This document shows, piece by piece, positions 15,108-28,278 of a stretch of DNA of 64,000 nt. The notes beneath the pieces are model-generated. The model was not told where the DNA came from, ran no database searches, and saw nothing but the letters and a program-made list of their open reading frames with translations. The position numbers were made by a program, and so were the translations under genes. The stretch spans positions 186,001 to 250,000 of the forward strand of contig RSEE01000074.1 in NCBI GenBank assembly GCA_003971905.1, given 5' to 3'. Every line of letters begins with the position of its first letter. Positions within the stretch are counted from its first letter, which is position 1. The DNA comes from Moniliella sp. 'wahieum' (lineage: Eukaryota).

Positions 15108-16802
15108 CTACTCTCCACACTTTTGCCCTTCTTGATACGACCTAGTATTAGGCGAGTCCATGGGACCTAGCGCAGAACCTCCATCCGGCCTCACGATACC
15201 GCAAGATGCCCAACGAACCGGATCGTACGTTCTGCCTCCGTCCACATTGACTCCCCTGTCTTGCCTTGCGTGCCAACCTGCTTCGTGCCGCAAAACGTGC
15301 TGAGTATGGGACGGAAGGCCCATCTGAGGCCGCCGTACATGCCCAGCTCCATATCCAGAACCAGAACCAAAACCAGCTTCAAATCCCGATCCAGTTCCCG
15401 ATCCCGACCACGGCGCCGGCCTAGATTCGTACGGGGCAGTGTCCTGTTCCATCTCCCAATTTCGCCCTGGGCGGGAAAAGGTTGAGCGGTGCGGGGAAGG
15501 GTAAACCAACTCTCGCCCTTGTTGCGGCGGCAGGTACGAGTGGACGTTCCGGATGGGAGGGTGGGTGAAGGGCTGGCAAGGGTCGTAATGGCGGTATTCC
15601 GGACCATCATACGCTCGAAGGAAATGGCCAGACTCGGACGGGCGCATTCGGTCCGTTGGTCGATCGTAGCAGACAGTAGAGTAGGAACGGGCTGGTCTGC
15701 CGCTTCCCCGACCCAGGAGAACGGATGGGGGACAAGGGAGGGAAGTGCGGTACGGCGGGGCAACCGAGCGCAGCGAGTAGTCGTTCCCCTCTTCCTAACC
15801 ATCGTTGGGAGCGCCATCATGGGGGCCGATGGCATGGTAGGCAGGCGCGGAGCAAAGTAAGGCGTGAGCATCCTCTGGGTGAGGGGGATACTGGGCCCCG
15901 TACGGATGCGGCGTAGGGTAGGAATAAGAGTATGAGGAATAGAGGCGGGATACGTGCGATGAGTCCCGAGGGACCTGGTCGTGGAGGGAGGCGTGATAAT
16001 AGTGATTGGTGTAATGCGCTGCAGGCGAGCGAGCGGCCAAGACGTCGTCCTGTTGTTGCAATTGACGTCGCAGCTGGCGTACCGCCCTGCCTTGCCGTCG
16101 GTGCAGGCGGGGCAAGATGGACTGCAACTCCTCCTGGCTCATCAACGGCGCTGTCCGCACCTCTTCCTGTCTGGTACTGCAGACGGTAAACCCATACTCA
16201 CGGCACAGCGTGCACCTTCGGTCCGCATACGGGTCGGCACCCCCTGGCTCAGGATCTTGGGACGGTCACACGACCGCTTCAATCGTCGGCACGCTATGCA
16301 TGACGTCCCGGGCCGGTTGCGGATGGGCGGTGTGCCCGCGTTGCTGCTCTTGCGGTGCACCGTGCGTTGCTTTCGAGCGAGGCCAAAGCTGGGATTGGAA
16401 GAGGTGGGAGCTGGCGCCTGCTCTTCGGCCTCTGTCTCGGCTGTGAACTCAGGGGGGGGCATCGGCTCAAGCTCGTCCTGCTCAGGCTCAAGCTCGTCCT
16501 GCTCAGGCTCAAGCTCGTCCTGCTCAGGCTCACACTGGTCATGCTCTTCCTCTTCAGCTTCGGACTCGGGAGCGGCGGCAGGCCCCTCACGCTCCGAGGA
16601 GGGGGGCGGGACAAAATGGTACGTTCAGGTTCCGTTGGAGAGGGAGATCGAGCATCGGGGACGGGCATCCGCCCAGAAAGGAGGTGAAGGTGGCGGTCTG
16701 GCGGAGGTGAGGCTGCAGAGGGCAGGTGGCGGCGACGGGTGTGCGGCGAGGTTGGGGGCTGGGGCAGGGAGGCCCCAGGATGCGGGAGAAACTCATGGGC
16801 AT
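15108..16802 (-). CDS. Zn(II)2Cys6 binuclear-cluster transcription factor; frameshifted
   Basis: Correcting one frameshift at ~16258 gives C-IA-C-RRLKRS-C-DRPQDPEPGGADPYADRR-C-TL-C-REYGFTV-C, preceded by basic RNRPGTS and followed by Gln/His/Pro-rich regions. Confidence 0.7.
16464..16532. repeat. 21-bp tandem repeat, about 3.3 copies (encodes EPEQDEL on the minus strand)
   Basis: ggctcaagctcgtcctgctca repeated three times plus a partial copy. Confidence 0.9.
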
Positions 16803-19800
16803 GCAGGCAGAAGTTGAGGCAGTATACGTGGGAGAAGGGGGAAGCGGGTGTGGTGGCTGTGGAGGGAGGATGGGTTGGGAGAGTTGGAGAGCATGGGGGG
16901 AGGGTGACTAGGGAATGTGCTGCGATTGACGATGAGGGGTGCTTGCAGAGTGTGACTAGTGACGAATGAAGCGACAGGATGGACGGCTGGGTGAAGCCAG
17001 GGATGCAACCGGAAGACGGGTTATATGGTGTGGCACGGCAGTAGTCCTGGGCGCTGCTCCTGTTAGGATGGTTCCCGAGCCCTGGACGACAGGCGGTGCC
17101 GAGTTGGAAGAGAAATGAGCGCCGCGGTTGAGCGGTTGCCCGGCCTTCAACGTTCATCGGCCTTGGGCCGTACACCCTATTGCGCCGACGCTGCTATCCA
17201 CGTACTATCGGAAGAACGACGGCCTGGTCCGGCACGGCCGCCCCACAGCGGGCAGTAGCACTGGCGATACAGCCTGCCCCATCTGCAGGCACCGACGGCA
17301 GCTGTGTCCACAGTCAGGCTTCAAGCTTGACCGCTATTGATGCTTCACACTTGCCGGTTGAATGAGTCAAAAAAGTCTCGATGACGGATAAACAAGCGGA
17401 TGAACGTGCTGCGCTGCCCTATCCAGCCGCATCATTATAGCCACACGGTAGATTTCCTCCACCACTCTCATTACGAGTATGATCAAGAACAGCAGGGACC
17501 ACGGCGGCTTGGGCGCTTAGGGTGTGAGACCCGTGGTGTGGTTCATTTTGATGAGAATGCGATTATAGGCTGCGGTTCGGACTGGGCGGCAGTGGAGGAG
17601 TGTGTACGTGGGCGTGGGGCTTTCGGAAGTAGACGGGACGAGGGATGGGGCAGAGGGCATAGGGCATGGTGGGGATGCAGGATGGGCAGGGCGTGCTCCT
17701 TCCCTCCTCTTCTCTTCCCTCGGGTGGGGAGCCGAGAAGGAGGGGCCATCGATTATGCGATGATAGTCGGCTGGGCAGGGCAGCACAGCGCTCTGCTGCG
17801 GAGCAGCCAACGCGCTCTCGGCTGGCGTGTCTGAGGGTGTCATCGATGTCATCGATCGGTCATCCTCCATCACCCATCACACCAGCGGTCTCCGGCGGTT
17901 GGCAGTGTTGATGGTGATGGCGTCAGCAGCTGCGGATGTCACATGTCACATGTCAGCCATGTCAGCGCGTCAGCACATCACCTCCAGCGTGACCTCACCC
18001 GTCACGTCAGCCGTCATCGGCTGGCCTTCGACCATCCATCCCATCAGCGCTCAAGCTGATGAGGGCGGGAAGGTGGGATTATCGATTGCAGGCCACAGAA
18101 GCAGGCGACACACACGACACTCACATGTCACATGTATTGCATCACACCCACTGCGCCTCTCCCGGGGCCCCGCTGCCCCCGCCTTGGCTTGATCTGAAGC
18201 TGGAGGAGTGTGAGTACCATGTGAGATAGATAGGAATATGAGCCTGGGGGCACCCGTAATATCCGTCGTCTTTCCCGCTCCGCTCTCCTCTCATCAGATG
18301 CATCAGATCTCATCCGTCCCATACTCTAGAGAGGTTATATACACCCTGCTCACTCATGGACCAGGTTTGTACCACATAGGGTGCAAGAAAGAAGCCTGCA
18401 AGCATGTCGTAAGCCCCCCGACCACTAACTGCCAGCGCCGCCCCTTCTCTCGTGTGTGTCTATGTCCACATCTTCCCTTCTTCCTGAGTGCGCCGCTTCA
18501 TATTATAAAACCCGTTAAACGTTATAAACGTACGTACCAAAAAAACGTCTCCGCACGGTTCATCGCTTCAGAGCTTCAGCACCCAGTAACTAGTAACTGT
18601 AGTAGTAAGTACACTCATAGTGCTCGGTACTCAGGAACTCAGGCCTCACATGGCTCAGCGCTCACAGTCGCTTTTTCAGATATGCTTCAAGCTTCAGCAC
18701 AGTTGCTCGCCCAGCTGAACGCACCGAACGCTACTGTGAACGTGTGAACGTTGAACTCAACGTCCTCAACACGTCGCACACGATCCTATATTGAGTACGT
18801 TGAGTTTACTCTTCTCCCTCAGGTCTCAGATCTCACACCTATATAATAGTAGGCCAGATCAGGCCTCACTAGCTCACTCCTCGGAACTCCGTGCGCAGCC
18901 GGAGTCCTACGAGCACATGCAGAGTACTAAAGTATAGTTCAGTTCAGCGAGCTCATGTTTTGCATGCTGTCTCGACGGTCAAAACGCTTCCTTCAAGCTT
19001 CACGCCCTCAGATGGGAATGGTGTCACGGAATGGTGTGGAGCTAGTAGTAGTGTGCATGGTCGAACCCATGTGGCGGTGTGAATAAGACAACGGCCTATA
19101 GAGCTCTGGATGAGTTCAACTGCACGTCGCCATCAAGCTGGATCCCTCTACAAATTAAAACCCCCGAGCACACTCTATATTACGTCTTACTGCGCACTCT
19201 CGCTAAACCTCTACTGGCTTCGTGCGCACCTCCCCGCGGGTTGGAATACCCACAGGGCGAACATATCGATAATGAGGAGTAGCGCCGTGCCGAACATGCA
19301 CAGCTGTTTGACAAGCTTGCCAACTGAGGCAGCCCAGGTCCAACCATTGTACAGGGCATTTTACTCCCCGCAGGAACTGCTTTTGATATGACACAGTGTG
19401 TTTTATCTCCCGAGAAACGGTACTCCACCTGCTTCTCTCCCTCCTTCGGTTCAGAGAGAAGATGGGTACGGTGTCAACATGCCAGCGGAGATAGACGTCA
19501 CCATTCTCTCTCTAGAGTTTGGACTCTTCTCGGCACACCGTAGAGGAGAAGGGATGATCGCTTGTTCATAGATGAATTCTTGCCTCTCCGTCGATAGGAG
19601 GTTGAATAAAGGCTACCCACTGTTCGTCGTGATATGCTCAAGCCATAAGGAAGAGGGACAAAACACCCCGCCGTACCTAGACCGACCTAATCATGCGACT
19701 CGTGCTGCTTGTTAGCGCCAAAAAACCCGTTTAAGAAACCAGGGAGTTGCTCGCAGTTCAGGGCTTCCTTCCGTCCGCCATTCTCGGTTACAACCTCGTG

Positions 19801-21294
19801 GTAGCGCGCGTGAATACGAATGAGCATGGTAGGCGTCGGTGCGGTAGAGGTTAAACCATATCCAATGAAATTCTTGAGCTAATTCTTTCTAGTGTCCAAA
19901 CATCTTGGTCTCGTCATGGTGGCATCTAGCATCCTCGCGTCGTCATCGCGCCATAACCAAAGGGAAGAAAGGTTCTTGGGTGAGGTCCTGCTTCTTGGCG
20001 TTACGCTCGTATTCCGCCTGTTCTGGCACAGTCGGAGCAACTCCTTCCCCCGGCGTGGCGAAAAGGCTACTTGCGGTTCTCTCATGTATACCACCATCGA
20101 TCAATACGGAAACATCCCCTCCCATGTTCACCAGTTCCGCAACGTGGGGTCCACCTTTATTCCTGACCCTCCGAATGCTCCGGAGGTGCCATCAGTCAGT
20201 AGTTAGTACGTATCGCCTTCCTCCCCCAAACGTCTCGTGTCGTTGTCCTTCCTCTCCACCATCGGCTCTTTTTGTGGATGTGGATGGCAGGGATGGAGCG
20301 CATTAGCTGTAGAGGGTCGACTCGCCATAAAATTGCGGCCTCTACCATGCGGAGGAAGAGCACCGAGTTCAATAACGACCATCTTTTATTGGTATCTTTG
20401 TCAATATCCCCCCGAGTGGCCTAGCATGGCCGGAATGTTGCGCTTGGATTCATATGGGGAACCGAGGCGTGCGCGAGAAGAGAAGAGGTCATGTTGGTTT
20501 TTTGGTTGTGCCGCCTGCTGAAGTCGATGAAGCGGTACGTGACATTCACATATGCTTCAACCTTCTCTCATCTCGATGAGATTAGTATGATCCTCCCCCT
20601 GACCGAGGGGGCTTACTGATTGCCTTTCGTGTTTTGGTCTTGAGGCGTTTCTGGTACGTGCTGTCGGTCCCCGCCTAATACGAGTCGAGGTGGAGGAGTG
20701 GTGATGGTTTGGGTACATCCGCGCTGGTTGAGGGAGGCCCGCGCTTTTCTTATCAAATTGTATGGTAAGTAAGGCCTAAGGAAAGGTCAACACGACTGTA
20801 CAGATTAGCCGACCATCATTGCATGATGTATGATTAGCCGTGGTGCAATGGTCTTCGGCGCGTGGCGAGAGACACGGCGTTTGAATCGTGCACAACGAAG
20901 GTTACTGATAATGATCGATGATCGTCGATCGCTGTGAATAAATAGGGGTAGACGCTGCGTAGTCCAATGATGTCATTGCGTCGCTCCTCTCAGATCTGTG
21001 CCCACCGTTTCCTAGTAGCTTGGTAGAATGGCCGCCATGCCATTGGCCTCCATTGGGCGGGCGCGAGCCAACCAACGCCGCAGGAGCTCCATCAAACCCA
21101 TCGAGTGGGCCTCGTGGGCGAAGCGTTGCTGTGTATGTGCGCCATTATATTATGTCGACTCTTTCTTGATCATCTAATTTGTTGACGCAAGACCGCCCCT
21201 GACTCCCTCCACTACGATCATCGCCTCTCTTTTTTGGCTCAGTACATCGCTCCTTCCCCAACACGCAGCCGGTATCCATCGCCTAATCGCCTCG

Positions 21295-22380
21295 ATGCTC
21301 TTCAAGGCCAAGACCGACATTCCTGGCGACCGCCAGCCTGTGACGCGCTCGGCAGCCGCCACGACGGCTGAGGCTTCCCCCGGGGCCGCCGCGGGCCAAG
21401 AACCACTACCGGGCTATGAAGTGCCAGGTGGAGCGGGCACAGATACTCTTCCGCCGCCGCCATGGCAATCGACCGATTCGAGTCCGATGCCGACCAAGGC
21501 GCAGGGAACCCATGGCGGCCGGGCTCAAGACGAGGCCTGGACAGGCCCTCCCTTGGGTGTGGACCAACGTTATATCCACGATACCACCACCCTCACCTTT
21601 CGGCCGGTCAAGTCACCCCTGTCGAAAGGAAAGTGGGTCGCTATGGTACGTGATGAGCTATTGGCCTTGGGTGTTGCACTTCTGTCCTGCACCTGCCTGA
21701 CTGACCTCCGGTTCTTATCAGGACAAAGATACCAATACCACCTTGTTTGAAATGCACTCCATTGGCAATTGGGCCACACTCTCGGCCAAAAAGAGGCTCA
21801 CTAGGGTGGTGGGGGAACCGGTCAGTGACGAGCAGGTCAAGGTTGTGCGATCTGCCACATTTTCAGTCGAGGACAGCACGTCGGGAAAGACGGTGCTGTA
21901 TCTTCGTCGAATTGGCCAGTTGGGGCAAATGTCGGGTCAGCCGTTGGTGTACTTGCGACTGTACGATGCCTACGCGCCCGGCGGGGTCAAGCCCCTGTTT
22001 CAAATCACGATGCCAGATGCCGATTCGCCCAACCACAAACCTCACCTCTACCTCAACTTCTCCAACACGTTGCATGGCGATGGCAAGGTGGCTGCACCGA
22101 CGACGATCAAGTTGGTCAATGCCGAGTGGGCGGATCGCTGGTCCATGCACGAGGTTTCGACCAAGCATTGGATTGCCCAATGCTGGCCGACTCAACATGC
22201 CATCCTATCCCGCATCCCCTTTTTGGGTTCGGATACCTTGACCCTCCGCACCCCGCTCCTAACACCGACTTGCTTCTTCTGGCCACCGTTGCGTTTTGCA
22301 AGCTGGAGGCGGATGCTGAAATTCGGGATACACTTCGCCTGCGCGCCTCCGAGGCCGACATTGGCAATGTTGGTATGTGA
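21295..22380 (+). CDS. LURP-one/Tubby C-terminal-like (scramblase superfamily) protein
   Basis: PLGVDQRYIHDTTTLTFRP...KWVAM|DKDTNTTLFEMHS... with intron ~21646-21721, beta-rich core, and terminal TLTLR(T)APNTDLLLLATVAFC hydrophobic helix typical of the LOR family. Confidence 0.6.
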
Positions 22381-22987
22381 GATAGATGGGCATGGGTAGC
22401 GCCAACGATCGGTTCAGCTGGTGCCCCCGCTCCCCCCCCCCCCAAGCTCTCGTTCATAATGGACAATCGCCCGTACATACATCGACTTTGCCCTCCCACT
22501 CCACCCCCCTTCTCTAACTCTCGACCCAGCTTCGCCTCAACCAATCCGCGGATCCCCAGGCGAACTAGGTTTGTTGCGTGCTACGTGACGTGTCCGCCCC
22601 ATCTGTGGTAGATGCGGTCGCGAAGCGGCCGAACCCATCCCACCTACCGGGCCCCCTTGCACAGCTACAGGCAATCAAGACCATGCCGAGGGCGCTCGCC
22701 TCACTGACCATGCCTTTTACTTCCTATCTCCGTCCCATGGTTGGGTCACATATGCATCGAAGTACCTACAACAAGGATGATTGGCGCCACTCATGCTGGG
22801 AGGTACCCAGCTTGGTGGCAGGGGGGCAGAAAGTGAGGAACAAGACAACAAGACTTAGGCACACGTATATAGCAACAGAAAATGCCGCTCGCTCCAAGTC
22901 CCCAAGGAGGGGAGAGGCGAAGATGGGAGGAACGGCAAGGAAGAGGGAGAAGGAGAGGGGTGCCAACTGAGCTTCCGCTCGGGTCGC

Positions 22988-24175
22988 TCATGGGTCTCGC
23001 ACATAATTGCCTGGGAAGATACCCTGGACGCCATTCACCACTCCGGTCCACCAATCGTCCGCCGAGCCGGTCCGCTGTACCACTTGGATCCGATCCCCCG
23101 CCGAAAACGTAAGGTCGCCCTCGGCTTGGGCCGTGTAGTCATACAGCGCAACCACATACTCGGCAGCAGGTTCCATGCCTGGCTTTTTGCTCGGGATCGG
23201 CGGGGGTGCCTTCTTGCCCAGGGTACTGCCACTGCGTCCGACGGCAGCGCCACCACCTTTGCTAGGTGCATTGGCGGCCATGCCATGGGCGCTGCCGCCG
23301 GCGCGGACGCCGGTCCGAGCGACCGCCCCGCCTGGCTCAGCACGCGGACGGAGGATGCAGCCGGCTTGCGGATGGACAGGTTTTCCAGCTGCTCCGTCAC
23401 ATCCCCCATCGCCGCCTGGTAATCAGACTCGATCTGGCCCTGGGCCACATTGAGTTCGTATCTGCCTGCGCAAAGGCTTGGATGCGGTCAAGGGTGAGGT
23501 AGAGCACGTTGAGTTGCATGTAGTAAAAGGAGTGGAAGAGGGGCTTGACAAAGGTCGCGGCCAGCTCAAAGAACTGCGGCATCTCCTCCTTGAGGGTGTT
23601 GTTAAAGTACTCATAGTCTGCCATCGACGTTTCATACTCTTGCTCGACCTTGAACAGGTGCTGTTCCTCCTTGAGCGACTTTCTTGCTTGTTCTTGAGCT
23701 TTTCGTAGCTGTTCTTGTGGCGGTCATAGTCCACCAGCTTATGGTCACGCTTGGTGATGTTCTTGCGGATGGCCTGGGCCACCGCATGGAAGTCGGTCAA
23801 AGGTGCCACAATCCGGTTCGATCAGATCAATCTCGGGGGTCAGTGTGTCGCGCAGGCTGGCCAGCATGGTGTCATACTCGGGCAGACTGGCCAGGGGTGC
23901 GCCGCTTCGGGGTGGTGGTGCAGCAGATCGCCCTCGGATCCGATGGGGGAGAAGATGGCCTGGAAGGTGGTGCCAAACGCGGCGCCAGACACGAGCATGT
24001 TCTGGACGCTGTCGCGGTAGGCGACGGCATCCTTCTTGAGCTTCTCGGCGGTCTTTTCGAAGGTGGCAAAGCGGCGGCGAGCTCGTCGAACTGGGCGTCG
24101 GTGCTTGTGGGACATGCCGACCTTGGAGGTGATGAGGTGGGGGGCGCGGCTGAACGCCTTGGAGATGCCGCGCAT
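22988..24175 (-). CDS. RVS167: Amphiphysin-like BAR-SH3 protein (Rvs167/Hob1)
   Basis: [21 protein letters not shown]...[22 protein letters not shown]...[28 protein letters not shown]...[16 protein letters not shown]...[13 protein letters not shown]-terminal [12 protein letters not shown] and SH3 [39 protein letters not shown]...GIFPGNYV*. Confidence 0.93.
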
Positions 24176-24522
24176 GGCGTGCGATGGGGGGGGCGAGGTG
24201 GTGGGGGGACTGCGCAGCGGGAGGCGGTGGGCGGGGGCTGACGTCAGCGGAGGCAGGGAATGGCGACGGGGGGGGAGACTGGATGCGGATGACGTAGGCG
24301 CGCGCAGGGTTGGGCTGGGCACACACACGGGGGGCAAAGCAACACGGCACGGCGCCAGCCTGCGGGCTGCCCCAGTAACCCTGCCGCTGCTCGGCCTGCT
24401 CTGCGCTGCGCTGCCCAGCCCAGCCCAGCCCAGCCCGCCCCGCGCAGCAGCCCCCGGCCCCCCGCCATCCCCACCGCCCGTCCCGCCCGCACCCACCACC
24501 ACCGCCGCCACCACCGCCCGCC

Positions 24523-27500
24523 ATGGTGCGCCAGTCCAACTTCAGCACGCCGCCACCAACAAGGCCGCCATCACCATCTCTCCCCAGATCTACGACCGCC
24601 GCGGTACGTCCCCCTCCCCCCCTCCCTGTCCCCTGCGCCTGCTGCTGACCACATGGGTGTGTGTCCGTGTCCGACCCAGCCCTCGACACCACGGCCGTGC
24701 TCCCCCTCATCAACTCCCTCAACCAGCTCGCCTACCTCACCAGCACCAGCCCCCGCATCCGCGACATCATCACCCTCGACGGCGGCCTCGACTGCCTGGT
24801 GCGCATCCTTCGCTCCGTTCCGCCTGCTCTCCAGACCACGCCGCGCGGCGGCGTGGCCCTTCGACCTGCAGAACGTGTGGAAGTGGAGCCTTGCGTTTCA
24901 GTGTGTCGTCAACATTGGCGTCCGAGGCTCCGAGGCGGTCCGCACCCGCGTGGTCGAGGCCGGCGCCATTGCGATCGCTGTCCGCGTCCTCCCAGTCCCA
25001 TCTGGCTCAGTCGATGCCACGCGCGCGCCCAGTGCGCCCCAGCTCGCCTCCACCTCTGCATCCACTGCCTCCTCCTCGCCACCACGCGCCCGGACCGCTC
25101 CCCTTCTCTTCGGGTGCTGCCGCCGCTGCCGCTGCCGCGGCGGCTTCCGCCCCGACTGCGTCTCCTGGTACCGCCTCTGCCGCCACGCCGACTGCCACTT
25201 CGCTCACCCTTCCCACCCAAGCCCACTCGGCCCCGCAGCAGGCCTCGGTGCAGGGCGAGCCGTCGGAGCGCCGGACAAGTCACCCGAGCGGGAGCGCAAG
25301 CCATGCCTCGGGTTCCGAGCCAGACCCCGACGCAGACGTAGAGATGGACGACGCGCGGCCCAACGCTTCGTCCGCGCCTGCCTCCACTGCCGTCTCGTCG
25401 CAGCAGGAGACACCAGTGGATGTGCAGGCCACGCCCCGTCCCCCGGCGCCGCGCGACCTTGTCATGGCCCAGTCCCAGTCGCTTTCCCAGTCGCTTTCCC
25501 AGTCGCTTTCACGTCGTTTTCTCACTCGCACTCTCACTCTCAACACCCTTCCCAGCCCCCATCCCAGCCCCCGTCTCACCCCCATCCCCCGCACCAACCC
25601 CAGCCCCAGCCCCCTCCTCAAGAGGATGCCGTAGCATCGCGCAGGGCTCGAAACATGACCCCCACCGCGTCTACTGCGGCTTTCATGGTGTCTCCTAGTG
25701 TGGCGTGGCCCACGTGTGACACGCCCACGGCCCGGCCAGACGCCAATCCGCAGCCGGGAGAAATGCAGTTCCGGAGGAGGAGGTACTGCTGGCACTACAG
25801 CTGTTGGCGTATGTGTCCAAGTATGCCCATGTGCGCAGCCTGTTTTACAGTGACGAGTGCTTTTCCGGCCGCTTCCCACGACGCCTCGAGTCCTACAGCG
25901 CCTCCAGTTTTGCCAGCATCCGCCCCTCTCTTTGAACTATGGCCAAGGACACCAAGTCCTCCGCGCGAGAAGACACGCCCATGGCGGCGGGAACCTTTGC
26001 ACCGGGTGAACCTGCCTTGAACACGGCCATTGTTGAAGGCGGGGCGGGGGACCAAGAGGAGGCGACGTTGCCACCTGGCACTGGCACCACGATGGGGCCT
26101 GACCCAGACACGGAACAGTCGATCCCTGCCGTGCCTGGGGTAGCGGGCTATTATGGCTTTGCAGCCCCTCTTCCGGGTCCGATAGGGCTAGTAGATCCGA
26201 CCGAGGAAGAAAGGGCGGGTGGTCCGCCATTGGTGGATCTGACGGGACCGCGATGGAGCAACCCACCCACACGGAGCGCAATGTGTTTAGCATTGCTGAA
26301 CGCTATACCATTCGCTCTTCGCGCGTCCCCCCCATTGCGCAAGGCCGGCTTGCGCGCGAGATCCAGTTTTGGGCTGGGGTGATTATGCGCAATGCGTGTC
26401 GCAAGGACGATGAGCGCGGTGGGGTGCGGCCCTGTGCGTACATGTCGTGTGGGAAATGGGAATCGTTCCCACGGCAATTTGCCAAGTGCCGTCGCTGCCG
26501 CAAGGCCAAGTATTGTTCAAAGCAGTGTCAGTCGCTCGGCTGGGCTGCCGGGCATCGGTTTTGGTGCTCGGCGCGTCCGGAAGACGAGGCTCGCAGGGAC
26601 GCACATGCCGTTCCCGATGTCTCGTCGATGAATGTCGCGCCTCCTACCGCCGGTGGTGGGGCTGCTACGACTGCGCCCGCTGGCGATCCGGCTCAGCGAG
26701 CGCTTCTTCCTCCGCCTACCAATGTCACCCCGGCCGTCGGACCCGGCACCAATCCTCCCCTGCCACCGCCCCAGCCCCGACGGCGACAGAAGACGCACAT
26801 CGTTTCCGCCTGCCCGTTCACCTTGCCCGACCTCGTCCGGCGGCCGGATTGGACTTTGGTCAACCCGACCTGACCCCTCGCCAAGCAGCCATTATTGGCC
26901 TGATGGCCACCCGTCACACGACCCCTCCGGGCGCACTTTTACCTGCGCCTCCCACTGTACCCACTGTGACCATGGAAGCCGAGGAGGCCGAGGCGTCGCC
27001 TCAGGCGCGGGAGGCGCGTCCCCCGCCCTCGGCTTCGAGGGAGCCCGAGACGGAAACTGAGCCGGAGCGCGAGACGGCGATTGATCAGCTGCGCATGACG
27101 TTGCATGAGACTGCCTCGGGCTCTCGTTCGCGCTCCCATTCGGGATCGCAAGGCAGGCGGGATCGAGATGAGACGACGACGGCGGTGAACCCGCGGTTAC
27201 TGGCTGTGCGGCAGGCGCTCACATCGCTCCGAGCACGGCCGAAGGGAGTGAAGCGAGCGATGAGGATGTGCCATCGGTTCGTCGCGGCGGCCTGACCCCA
27301 CGTCCTGCTGTCCCGGCCGCGCGGGTGCGACGAGCGGAGCAGGAGATGGAACCTTCCTTCTCCCTTTTGTCGGGGGCCGAGACGGACGCTAGTATGGATG
27401 TGGACAATGAGGCGGAGGCCGATCGTGAGGCTGGGACGGAACCGGCGACGCAGCGCGGGCCTGCGCAAGAGCCGAGTGCGGGGCCGATGCGCACCCATCT

Positions 27501-28278
27501 TTTGGTCGCACCGGCGGTGCGGAGGACGGATATGGCGGGCCGGCCGTTACCACCGCCGTTGATTGCGTCGCTGGATGACCCGATGCACGCTCTGCCGCCT
27601 CGCGACGGTACGCCCGGTGCGGTGCTGCGTCACTTGCCGCATCCCGCCTGGTGCGCCGGCTGCGCCGACGAACGACTTTGACCCGCAGCCGCAAGACAAT
27701 CCGTTTGTCGATCCCGACCGCGAGTTGGAGAACATGCCATGGGATGCGATTGAAGGCTACCATCTCGACACGACGCCCACGTCGCGGCGGGACGGGCAGG
27801 CGGACGCGGCCGCCTCGGGCTCCAGCACCGCTGGCGCCGATGCAGCGCCGGGTGCCGGCACGGGCGCGCCGGCCGGGCCGGGCGGAGGGCAGAGCCGTGT
27901 GCTGTGCCGCCGCTGGCTCGGCTGGGCGGCCGGGTGAGTGCCGGCACACCGCCCTCGTCGACCGCTTCCTCTGGCAGTTTCCCCCCCTCGTCGTCGAGTT
28001 TGCCGCGGCGGGCGCAGGACGATGCGACGCTGGCCAACATCCGCCGCCTGCCGCGGCCGCGCGCGGCGAGCCCGTCGTTTGTGTCGCCGGCCAGTACGGC
28101 AGGGCTGCCGGGATCGTACATGCCGTCGCCGCTGGGCCGCCGCTCGCCGTCGGGCTCGGCGCCGCTGGCGGGCGGGGAGGAGGAGGAGGAGGAGCTGTGG
28201 GGGCGTGGGTGCGACGAATCTCATCTGGGCATTCGCATGCATGCGCCACAGGCACGTAGAGGGCCGGGTGGCACGTGA
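24523..28278 (+). CDS. samB: MYND-type zinc finger protein of the SamB/Mub1 family
   Basis: MVRQSNF...ISPQIYDRR|ALDTTAVLPLINSLNQLAYLTSTSPRIRDII...WKWSLAFQCVVNIGVRGSEAVRTRVVEAG...LLALQLLAYVSKY...NVFSIAERYT...EIQFWAGVIMRNACRKDDERGGVRPCAYMSCGKWESFPRQFAKCRRCRKAKYCSKQCQSLGWAAGHRFWC; long disordered C-terminus, end approximate. Confidence 0.92.

Noticed and set aside
20426..20521. Short ORF MAGMLRLDSYGEPRRAREEKRSCWFFGCAAC* ending in a CAAX-like box (pheromone precursor?)
   Set aside because: Weak CaaX, very short predicted mature peptide, no STE3 receptor in the window, and overlap with a coding-like minus-strand segment; probably chance.
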